The notes below the pieces were generated by a model. That model was not told the DNA's origin. It worked only from the letters and a program-made list of their open reading frames with translations, and did no database searches. A DNA stretch of 64,000 nt from an uncultured Methanomassiliicoccales archaeon (GTDB lineage Archaea; Thermoplasmatota; Thermoplasmata; Methanomassiliicoccales; UBA472). Below, piece after piece: positions 47,087-56,300 of the stretch; the first letter of the stretch is position 1, and each line of letters starts with the position of its first letter. The position numbers and the translations under genes were made by a program. The stretch lies in the NCBI GenBank assembly GCA_942492955.1, contig OW818644.1, positions 2,436,855 to 2,500,854 on the forward strand. The letters are read 5' to 3'.

Positions 47087-47497
47087 TCAGATGTGGAACC
47101 ATGTCTTGGTCTGTTTTGATTGGACCATGAGAAGAACATAGGTGGTGACACCAAGCCAGAACATGCCGATCATCAAGTTCCTCACTTGGTTTGGGTCAGT
47201 GTTGTACAACACAAAAACAGCGACCAGGAAATTGACAAAGGAAATGATGACCAGGTAGAACCATACAGGCCGCCATCCCAGCATGCAGCCGATGCCGATC
47301 AACAAGTTGGCCACCGCTATGATCAGTGCCGTAAGTATGAATGGACCTTCATGGAACGTTTGACCTGTGAGGATGACAAGATCCCCAATGCCATAGTCCC
47401 CCAAGGCCGGAAACAAATAGATCAGCCCGGCAAGGATGGACAGTAACCCGATGATGGTGACCCGCATGGGCCTTCTCCTTTTAATGTCGAGCCTCAT
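47087..47497 (-). CDS. Small integral membrane protein (4 predicted TMs); unknown function
   Basis: The hydrophobicity pattern is the only evidence. Confidence 0.5.
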   Translation of the reverse strand: MRLDIKRRRPMRVTIIGLLSILAGLIYLFPALGDYGIGDLVILTGQTFHEGPFILTALIIAVANLLIGIGCMLGWRPVWFYLVIISFVNFLVAVFVLYNTDPNQVRNLMIGMFWLGVTTYVLLMVQSKQTKTWFHI

Positions 47498-47685
47498 TCA
47501 TTTTAACAGGTGGACCTCGGTTAGATTATCCTATTGTTCATACGTAACTTTCAGGAACGCGTCCGACCGGATTTGTTTGTCTTTTCTCGAAAGCACCGTT
47601 GAATCTTCGAAATAGTTCACTCGAAACCATAATATATCGAACAAATTGACAACGTCATCAGATCTACGGGAGAGAGGGGGGGCAA

Positions 47686-50268
47686 ATGAGGAAAGCGGTG
47701 CTGATAGTCGCAGTGCTAGTGATATGTTCGATCGGCCTAGTTCCTTCGGTGGGGGCTGAACAGACTGGCTACCATTGGACAGAACATTTCAATTATTCAA
47801 CTTTGCAGGAGATGACAAGTGCGGGATGGACCATCGGGATCCCGGCACAGACCTCCTTCAACACCAGTGCCATAATCCTAAGCGGGATCGGACAGGACAA
47901 TCCGATCGGTTACACCGGCATCCAGAACGGCATCTCCGATTGGAGGACGGAATCGAGAGGAAGGTGGATCGCCGGAGGTGGCGGGTCAATCGGTGTGTCC
48001 TTGGCAACGGAGCATCGAGCGTATGGCTGGTATATCGACGGATATTATGATACCTTCATCCTATACATCGCATCGGCCAAGGTCATGGAGATCCCGACAA
48101 CGCCGATCCTGCTGGACGAATGGCACGTCATGACCATGGTGAAGATCGGGAACAACCTCTCCCTCTACCACAACTCGCAGTACATCTCCAGCTACATCGA
48201 CAATGGAGCCATCGGCGAGGTCCGTTCGGTGAACAACGTCGCACCTTGGCAGGGAACGGCAGAATACGATTATCTCTCCCTGGATGCCGCTCCAACGATG
48301 AAGTGGCAGAAGACGTTTGGTGGTGCCGCTAGCGACACCGGTTACGGAATCGTGGCCACGCAGGATGGAGGGTTTGCGGCCCTGGGTGTGACCAAATCCT
48401 ACGGAAGCGGGCAGTATGACGCCTTCCTGGTTCGCGGTGACGCGGATGGGAACGAGGTCTGGAGCCGGACGTACGGCACGGCATCAGGCGAATGGTCCTA
48501 TTCGCTCTCCAAAACGTCCGATGGCGGGTTCTTGATCGGCGGGACCACGACCACCACCGGATTCCGGGCATGGATGGTCAAGGTGGCATCCGACGGGACC
48601 GAGGAATGGAACAAGGCCTACGGGGACACGACCCAGGTCGGGTTCTGCTCCATCCAGACCACCGATGGTGGCTACGCCATCACTGGTTATCTGGCGGTCA
48701 CCGGGAGATCCATGGACCTGTTTCTGATGAAGACGGACGCAGGCGGCAACCAGCAATGGATCAAGACCTATGGCGGTCTGGGCGACGACTGGGGCAAGTC
48801 GTTGATCCAGACGAGCGATGGAGGCTACGCCATCACCGGGTGGACGACCTCTTTTGGGGCGGGGAAAAGAGGCTACCTCATCAAGACCGATCAGGTCGGC
48901 GTCGAGCAATACAACACCACCATCGGGACATCGGGAAGTACTGTCTGTTATGCGGCGACCCAACTGCCTGACGGAGGTTTTGCCATATGCGGTCAGACCG
49001 ACTATATCGGGTACGGGCTGAGCGACATGCTGGCGGTAAGGACGGACGCCCTGGGCACCATCCTTTGGGAGCGCACCTACGGAGGTACGGGAGAGGACTA
49101 CGGTTCCATGGCATTCGCGTTGGACGACGGCTTCGTCTTCGGCGGGTCGACAGGGTCATTCAATTCGACGCAGAACAGGCTGTTCTTTGTGCGGACCGAC
49201 CTGAACGGTAACATGTCCCATGCCGGGGTCTACGGAGTGGACGTGTCAGCCTCCGGTTATATTGGGGCCAGATTGGCCGACGGCGGATTCCTGGGCGTCG
49301 GAAACACCAACACCTACAACTCGGGAATGGACGACCTCTATGTGCTCAGGATCGGCAGCTTTGGGGTAGCGCCATCGCCTTCAACGTCATCGTCGTCCTT
49401 TGCGCAAGAGGCGGTCCCTCCGGTCGCGGCGGTGGCAGTCGGAACGGGACTCGCATTCATTGGCGTGCTGGTCGCCGGCAGAGCTTCGGAAGCCGTGGCA
49501 ACCGCTTCGACCTCGTTGAACGGAGGTTGTGATCAGGGTCGCGGAAGAATGAGGTGGAGGCTCCGGCTGGACAAGGTCGTGGATTTTGTCACCGGATATT
49601 TCAAGAGCCGGGCCAGTTCTTACGTTTGGAAACAGGTTCGGAAGGTTGAACTGGAAGATGCCAACGCGGTGCAAAGGCGGTCCCTCTTCGCCGGGTTCTC
49701 GGTTCTGGAGATGGTCGTGATCTTCTTCACCTCGGCCTTCCTCGGTCTTGCCTTCATGATCACCAACAAGATCGATCTCGGCTCGCCAACGACCTGGATG
49801 CTATACATCATCGTTGCCGGTCTGGCGATCATCATGCACGATTTGATGCACCGATACATGGCCTGGCGCCATAACGTGATCACGGAATACAAGTTCTGGT
49901 TCCTGGGCACCATCGTGATGTTCGTAACCGCTGTTCTGTTCGGAGTGGTATACTCGTCCCCTTCCAGGTTGGCCATCAATGATTCTAAGAACATGACTGC
50001 CAAACAGGAGGCTATCGTCTACGGTTCTGGGCCGGCGATGAGCCTGATCGTCTTCGCTGTCTTCCTGGCTCTGATCCCTCTAGGGGGATATATCGCCACC
50101 ATCGGAACCTTGGGGGCCTCGATGAACCTTCTGACCGCTACCTACGCACTGATGCCCTTTCAACCAATGGACGGATGGAAGATCTACAGGTGGAAGAGAT
50201 GGCTCGGCGTTGTCATATTCCTCGCGGTGCTGGTATTGTACTTTGCATTGGTGATCTTCGTCATATGA
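47686..50268 (+). CDS. Secreted repeat protein fused to a site-2-protease (peptidase M50)-like polytopic membrane domain with HDxxH in place of HExxH
   Basis: The protein begins with signal peptide MRKAVLIVAVLVICSIGLVPSVGA. A ~180-aa globular domain follows (lectin/LamG-like; this is a guess). Next come ~7 tandem ~48-aa repeats (48301-49360) and a Ser/Pro linker. TM segments then carry IIMHDLMHRY (HDLMH = nt 49837-49851) and LMPFQPMDGWKIY (~50151-50185). These match the M50 HExxH and NxxPxxPxDG motifs. Confidence 0.65.
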   Translation: MRKAVLIVAVLVICSIGLVPSVGAEQTGYHWTEHFNYSTLQEMTSAGWTIGIPAQTSFNTSAIILSGIGQDNPIGYTGIQNGISDWRTESRGRWIAGGGGSIGVSLATEHRAYGWYIDGYYDTFILYIASAKVMEIPTTPILLDEWHVMTMVKIGNNLSLYHNSQYISSYIDNGAIGEVRSVNNVAPWQGTAEYDYLSLDAAPTMKWQKTFGGAASDTGYGIVATQDGGFAALGVTKSYGSGQYDAFLVRGDADGNEVWSRTYGTASGEWSYSLSKTSDGGFLIGGTTTTTGFRAWMVKVASDGTEEWNKAYGDTTQVGFCSIQTTDGGYAITGYLAVTGRSMDLFLMKTDAGGNQQWIKTYGGLGDDWGKSLIQTSDGGYAITGWTTSFGAGKRGYLIKTDQVGVEQYNTTIGTSGSTVCYAATQLPDGGFAICGQTDYIGYGLSDMLAVRTDALGTILWERTYGGTGEDYGSMAFALDDGFVFGGSTGSFNSTQNRLFFVRTDLNGNMSHAGVYGVDVSASGYIGARLADGGFLGVGNTNTYNSGMDDLYVLRIGSFGVAPSPSTSSSSFAQEAVPPVAAVAVGTGLAFIGVLVAGRASEAVATASTSLNGGCDQGRGRMRWRLRLDKVVDFVTGYFKSRASSYVWKQVRKVELEDANAVQRRSLFAGFSVLEMVVIFFTSAFLGLAFMITNKIDLGSPTTWMLYIIVAGLAIIMHDLMHRYMAWRHNVITEYKFWFLGTIVMFVTAVLFGVVYSSPSRLAINDSKNMTAKQEAIVYGSGPAMSLIVFAVFLALIPLGGYIATIGTLGASMNLLTATYALMPFQPMDGWKIYRWKRWLGVVIFLAVLVLYFALVIFVI
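48301..49360 (+). repeat. Protein-level tandem repeat (~7 x ~48 aa), propeller-blade-like: W.KTYGG...D.G.S..QTSDGGY.I.G.T.S.G.G..D..L.KTD..G
   Basis: Read from the translation (e.g. QQWIKTYGGLGDDWGKSLIQTSDGGYAITGWTTSFGAGKRGYLIKTDQVG). The copies are divergent at the DNA level. Confidence 0.65.
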
Positions 50269-50387
50269 ACTAGAAAACGACAGATTGGAATATTACTCCT
50301 ATCATTTTTGGAGGACGAATCCTTTCTCTTCATCCCGGAACTCGGTATCTGAAATGAAGGCTAGGACGTGTTCACTTTGGAGTATAC

Positions 50388-50720
50388 ATGACCCGGATGT
50401 GGATGGTCGATCCGAAGATGCTGTGCCGCCAACACTTGCTGGGCGAGCATGCCGAACTGCACATGATAGCATCGAACCTGAGGTTCGGGAGAAGCATCGA
50501 AGGATACATTCGGATAAATGCCATTGAACCTAAGAGCGTCAAGAAAAGGCATGACGAACTGGTGGCAGAGATGGTCTCCAGGGGAATGAAGCACAGGAGC
50601 CCGCTCGATTTCTCAACAGATCTCTACCATGAGGTGATGGTCGACCGATCGGAGTCGCTGAAGCTCCTCATTGGGCGTTGTCCCCGCTGCGCCGAGAGGT
50701 GTGATAGACTGCATAAATAG
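50388..50720 (+). CDS. Pyrimidine-dimer DNA glycosylase (T4 endonuclease V / DenV-like)
   Basis: The N-terminus MTRMWMVDPKMLCRQHLLGEHAELH aligns residue-for-residue with my recollection of T4 endoV ([25 protein letters not shown]). Conserved positions are Thr2, Q15-H16-L17, E20 and the catalytic E23. Confidence 0.7.
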   Translation: MTRMWMVDPKMLCRQHLLGEHAELHMIASNLRFGRSIEGYIRINAIEPKSVKKRHDELVAEMVSRGMKHRSPLDFSTDLYHEVMVDRSESLKLLIGRCPRCAERCDRLHK

Positions 50721-50837
50721 AGGAAACCTCGACGATGGCCATTATTCAATCGTCACGGGACATATTCCAGAATATGGCAATTTGGTTCTCAGGATTATAT
50801 ATCGAATTCCCCGATACTCTGCCGCAGTGAGCAGGAA

Positions 50838-53075
50838 ATGAGGCAGATAAAGACCCTGGTCGTTGACGATGAACCGCATCTGCTAGAACTTACCAAGATA
50901 TTCCTGGAAAGTCGCCATGAAATGGCTGTTGTCGTGGCCGGTTCAGGCCAAGAGGCTCTGGCCAAGATCGGTACGGAAGATATCGACGTGATCGTGTCTG
51001 ACTACCAGATGCCATCGATGGATGGTCTGCAATTGCTCAGGGTCCTCAAGGACCGGAAATCCAACATACCGTTCATTTTATTCACTGGAAAGGGAAGGGA
51101 GAGCGTGGCGGTAGATGCATTGAACCTGGGGGCCAGCTTCTACTTGCAGAAAGGCGGTGACCCTGATGCGCAATTCACCGAACTGGCCAATATGATAAGG
51201 AGATCGGACGAGTCCTACCGTTCCAAAAAGCAGCTCATGGACAGTGAGAACCGGTTCAGGAACCTGGTCCAGAACTCGTCAGATTTCATAACGATCATCG
51301 ACGAGAACGGCATAATCGTCTACAGTTCCTCCTCGATCGAAAGGATCCTTGGTTTCGGGGAGGATTATCTGGTGGGAAAAAGTGCTCTCGAGATCGTCCA
51401 TCCAGAGGATCATGGGGCGATCATCAGGGAATTGAGACTGGTCAAGGAGAATCGTCAGGACGGGGTGCCGACGGAGTTCCGGGTCAGGAAGATCGACGGG
51501 CAATACATTCCGGTGGAGGCAGTGGGCAGCAACATGTTCGACGTCTCCAATGTTGAAGGGATGGTGGTCACCATCCGCCCCATCATCGAACGGAAGAAGG
51601 CGGAGATGGCCCTTAGGGAGAGCGAGGAATTCTATCATACCCTATTCGACAAGAGCCCCCTTTCGATCGCCCTGAACGATGTCAACGGGCGGTTCGTCGA
51701 TGTCAATGAGAAGCATCTGGAGATAAGTGGAATCTCCAAAGAGGAGATCATCGGAAAGACGCCGATCGAGCTCGGATACGTCGACAACGAAAGTTCCACA
51801 ACCATGATGGAGAGGCTCCAGGCAAATGGCGGGGTTTTGGACCAGCACCCCACCCAGGTCAGGAGGCCGAATGGTCAGGAAATGAATCTCCTCGCTTCTA
51901 CCCGGTTCATAAACCTCAAGGGAGTGGCCCACGTGCTCTCGATGAGCGATGACGTGACCGACCTGATCATGACCAAGCGCGACCTGCAGGTCAAGAATGA
52001 GGAGCTGGATCGGGAACGGGCGCGGCTGCAGATGATCACTGACCTGACCCCAAGTGTCGTTTACCAAGTGCAGATATTCCCCGATTTCAAAATACAGTTC
52101 ACGTTCATTAGCAAAGGTGCTGAAAAGATCCTCCATGCCCCGGTGCAAAGATGGTATGACGATGTTGAACTGGTCAAGGAAAGGATATTAGTGGAAGATC
52201 TCGAGCCTGTCATGAGCTCGGTGTTCGATGCGATGGAGATCCGATCTCTGTGGGAAAAGGAATTCAGGATCCTCGATATGGATTCCACTATGAAATGGAT
52301 ACTGGCAACAGCATCGCCCTCGCCCGAACAAGAGGACGGTTCGGTGGTATGGACCGGTACATTCACAGATATCACCGAACGAAAGAAGAGCGAAGAAGTG
52401 CTGCGGCAGATGAACCGCCAATTGAACCTGATGACAAGCATCACCCGCCATGATTGCCTGAACAAGATCGGGGCGGCGCTGGGATACCTGGAACTCGTTT
52501 CCCGTCGAGTGTCCGACAAGGAAGTGGACGTCCTCCTGGCCAAGGCAGTCTCGTCGATCGGGGCGATACGCTCGGAGATCGAGCTCACCAGGGATCTGCA
52601 GGACCTCAGCGGGCAGGAGCCGATATGGCAGAATCTTGAGGACATCGTCCAGAGATCAAGGTCCATCCGCTCGGTCCAGATATCCAAGGGATGCCACAAC
52701 CTGGAGCTGTTCGCAAACCCGATGCTGGGCAAGGTGTTCCATAATCTGGTCGACAATTCCGTCCGCCATGGCGGCCATGTCAGCAATATACGGCTGGAGT
52801 GCGTTAAGGAGGAAAGGACGCTCACACTATTCTACAAAGATGATGGCGTCGGCATCCCGTTCGAGGACAAGGAAAAGATATTCTACCGTGGATATGGAAA
52901 GAACACTGGCCTGGGGCTTTTCCTCATCAAAGAGATACTGAACATGACCCACATAAACATAGTCGAGAACGGAATCCCGGGGGAAGGGGCGACATTCGAG
53001 ATCCAGGTGCCTCTGGGGGCTTTCCGGCAAAAGAGCTCAGATGTTGGTCCTTCGAACACTTTCCAATCGCACTGA
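50838..53075 (+). CDS. Hybrid sensor histidine kinase: N-terminal REC + ~3 PAS + HK core
   Basis: REC (TLVVDDE...VIVSDYQMPSMDG...FYLQKG), PAS segments, H-box LMTSITRHDCLNKI, N-box HNLVDNSVRHG, G-box GKNTGLGL. It has the same architecture as the 17828-20839 kinase. Confidence 0.85.
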   Translation: MRQIKTLVVDDEPHLLELTKIFLESRHEMAVVVAGSGQEALAKIGTEDIDVIVSDYQMPSMDGLQLLRVLKDRKSNIPFILFTGKGRESVAVDALNLGASFYLQKGGDPDAQFTELANMIRRSDESYRSKKQLMDSENRFRNLVQNSSDFITIIDENGIIVYSSSSIERILGFGEDYLVGKSALEIVHPEDHGAIIRELRLVKENRQDGVPTEFRVRKIDGQYIPVEAVGSNMFDVSNVEGMVVTIRPIIERKKAEMALRESEEFYHTLFDKSPLSIALNDVNGRFVDVNEKHLEISGISKEEIIGKTPIELGYVDNESSTTMMERLQANGGVLDQHPTQVRRPNGQEMNLLASTRFINLKGVAHVLSMSDDVTDLIMTKRDLQVKNEELDRERARLQMITDLTPSVVYQVQIFPDFKIQFTFISKGAEKILHAPVQRWYDDVELVKERILVEDLEPVMSSVFDAMEIRSLWEKEFRILDMDSTMKWILATASPSPEQEDGSVVWTGTFTDITERKKSEEVLRQMNRQLNLMTSITRHDCLNKIGAALGYLELVSRRVSDKEVDVLLAKAVSSIGAIRSEIELTRDLQDLSGQEPIWQNLEDIVQRSRSIRSVQISKGCHNLELFANPMLGKVFHNLVDNSVRHGGHVSNIRLECVKEERTLTLFYKDDGVGIPFEDKEKIFYRGYGKNTGLGLFLIKEILNMTHINIVENGIPGEGATFEIQVPLGAFRQKSSDVGPSNTFQSH

Positions 53076-53303
53076 ATCCAATGCCCGACAAACAGAAATC
53101 CGAACTGCTGGTAAGAAATGGTGGGTTTATATTTCTTTGGTCTTATTACATTTTCAACATCGCACTTCTGCAAATATTCAGATGATATCCATATGACCAA
53201 TCATCGTGGTCCTGCCGGTTCGCAAACCATTATATCCTGACCAACTTGTAATATTTTCAATTGGCCTCGCCGATTCAGGGGTTGGCTATTTGGGGGGAAG
53301 ATT

Positions 53304-56300
53304 ATGGCGGAAGATAAATTTGCGAACTTGAAGTGTACAATCCTTGTGATAATGCTGCTGATGAGCACCCTCGTCGTGGTCTCTGGCGCCGATGAGGTAT
53401 CGGCGGCCACGAGTGGGGATTACGACTTCCAGCTGATCAACGCGGACGCTGAGGTGGAGATCACCAAGTATCACGGACAGGGCGGAAACGTCGCGATACC
53501 CGGTATCATCGCTGGAAAGCCGGTCACCTCGATCGGGTCGAGCGCTATTTCAAACGATCCGAACATAATCTCCATCGTTCTGCCGACCGGTATCACGACC
53601 ATAGGTTCCTATGCGTTCTATAATTGTCCTGGCCTTCTTTCCGTGACCATCCCTTCCGGGGTGACCTCCATCGGCGTATACGCATTTGCCTCGTGCAGCG
53701 TCCTGACTTCCATAAACATTCCCTCCAGCGTCACAACGATCGGGCCGAGCGCTTTCTACTACTGTACCTCCCTGACCTCGATCGTGGTCCCAGCCAGTGT
53801 CACCACCATTGGTCTAGGTGCCTTCGCTTACTGCAGCGCCCTTCTCACGATCGACGTGGACCCGGCAAACCCGAGCTATGCCAGTGTAGGCGGGGTGCTT
53901 TACGATAAAGCATTGACGACGTTAATCCAGTATCCTGGTGGCAGGACCGCCCAGGCCGTCATCCCCGCCAGCGTCACCACCATCGGCAGCTACTCGTTCA
54001 CCTCGGCCGGCTCACTGTATTCCTTGACCATCCCCACCAGCGTCGTGACCATCGAGTCCAGCGCGTTTGCCAATTGCTACAACCTGATCTCAATAAACAT
54101 TCCCTCCAGCGTCACGACGATCGGGCAAAGCGCATTCGAGTCCTGTAGGTCGTTAGCCTACGTTACCATTCCCTCCAGCGTCACCAACATTGGATTCGAT
54201 GCATTCTCCTACTGCTCCGTGATGACCACGATCAATGTGGACCCGGCAAACCCGAACTATGCCAGCATCGACGGCATACTGTATGACAAGGCAATGACCG
54301 CCGTGATCCAATGCCCAGGCGGCTATGTGGGCACGGCCATCATTCCCGGTACGGTCACGATAATCAACGATAACGCTTTCTACGACTGCTCGTCCATGAC
54401 GGCCGTGAGCATTCCGGCCAGCGTCACCATGATCGGCGACAGCGCCTTCTATTCCTGCCAGGCACTGACGTCTTTGACGATCCCCGCCGGCGTTACCACG
54501 GTCGGCTACAACGCCTTCGCGTATTGCTCCGCATTGACCACGATGACGATCCCGTCCGGCGTTGTCTCCATCGAATCTTCCGCTTTCAGCTCCTGCCCGG
54601 CATTGACGACGATCGACGTCGACCCGGCCAATATGAACTATGCCAGCGTGGGTGGCATCCTTTACGATAAGGCGATAACCACCCTGATGCTGTGCCCAGC
54701 CGGAAAGACCGGCCCGGTCGTGATCCCAGGCACCGTTGTCTCCATCGGGAGCCACGCCTTCGATTCGTGCAAGAGCATTACCTCAGTGACCATCCCAGAT
54801 GGCACACAGACCATCGGTACCTATGCGTTCTCCTATTGCACGTCATTGACCTCAGTGACCATTCCCGCCGGCGTCCTGACCATCGCAAGCAATGCGTTCA
54901 GCTCATGCTCCGGACTGACCTCCGTGACCATCCCCGCCAGCGTCATCAGCGTGACCGCTTCTTCTTTCCAATCCTGTGCCGCCCTCACCACGATAGACGT
55001 GGACCCGGCCAATGTCAACTACGCCAGCGTCAATGGTCTGCTCTACAATAAGGCGGTCACCACGCTCATGCTCTGCCCTAATGGCAGGACCGGATCGGTG
55101 GTCGTACCCGACACAGTGACCACGATCAGCAACACCGGTTTCACCCGCTGCTCCCTGTTGACCTCGGTGACGCTCCCTGACACCGTCACCTCGATCGGAA
55201 GCTATGCCTTCTCCCAATGCGCGGGGCTCAAGTCCGTCAACATTCCTAACGGCGTGACTGCCATCCAAAACAACCTGTTCGCCTCCTGTGCCGCCCTGAC
55301 CTCGATCATCATACCCGACGGAACCACCACGATCGCGCCCAACGCGTTCTACCTATGCACCGCCTTGACATCCATATCCATACCGGCCACCGTGACCCAC
55401 GTCGGTCTCAATGCCTTCTATGGCTGTTCGGCCATGAAGACGATTAACGTCGATCCGGCCAGCATGAACTACACCAGCGTCGACGGGATGCTGTATGATA
55501 AGGCGGTCACGACCCTGATACAATGCCCAGGCGGCAGGTCCAGCCCGGTGGTCATCCCCGACACCGTGAGGACCATCGGCACCAACGCGTTCTACTATTG
55601 CACGTCCTTGACCTCGGTGACTCTTCCATCCAGTCTCACGAGCGTCGGCTCCAACGCGTTCTACCAATGTTCCGCCCTGACCTCCGTGACCGTCCCGGCC
55701 GGTGTGACAAAGATAGGCGCCTCCGCATTCTCATACTGCAATGGGCTCGCAGCGGTCGATCTGCCATCGACCCTGACGACGATCGGAGGCAGTGCCTTCC
55801 TCTCCTGCACCGCCCTGGATTCCATCTCCATCCCGGGAAGTGTCACTGCGATCGGGATGAGCGCATTCGCGTCCTGCACCGCCCTGACCGCCGTGACCAT
55901 ACCGGCGAGCGTTGTCTCCATCGGTCCAAGCGCCTTCTTCTCCTGCACCGCCATCTCGGCCATAGACGTCGACCCGGCCAATGCCAACTACGCCAGCGTC
56001 GACGGGGTGCTGTATGACAAGACCCTGACGACCGTCATCCAATGTCCGGACGGAAAGGCCGGCTCCGTGGTTCTTCCGGGAACGGTCACGACGATCGCCG
56101 ACATGGCGTTCTACTACTGCAGGTCCTTGACCTCCGTGACCATCCCCATTGGTGTGACGGTGGTGGGAAACAGCGCGTTCTATGGCGCCTCCATCACCTC
56201 CGCGACCATCCCCGCCAGCGTCACGGCCATCGCTCCCAGTGCGTTCGGTTCCTGCTATGAGCTGACCGCGTTGACGATATCCTCCGGCGTCACCGCCATC

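Noticed and set aside
46639-47141. Short + strand ORFs (46639-46866, 46826-47062, 46872-47141) in the gap upstream of the wHTH gene
   Set aside because: The translations are Arg/Ser/Pro-rich with no hydrophobic core or motifs. The region is more plausibly the promoter or 5' region of the minus-strand wHTH gene and the 3' region of the 4-TM gene.
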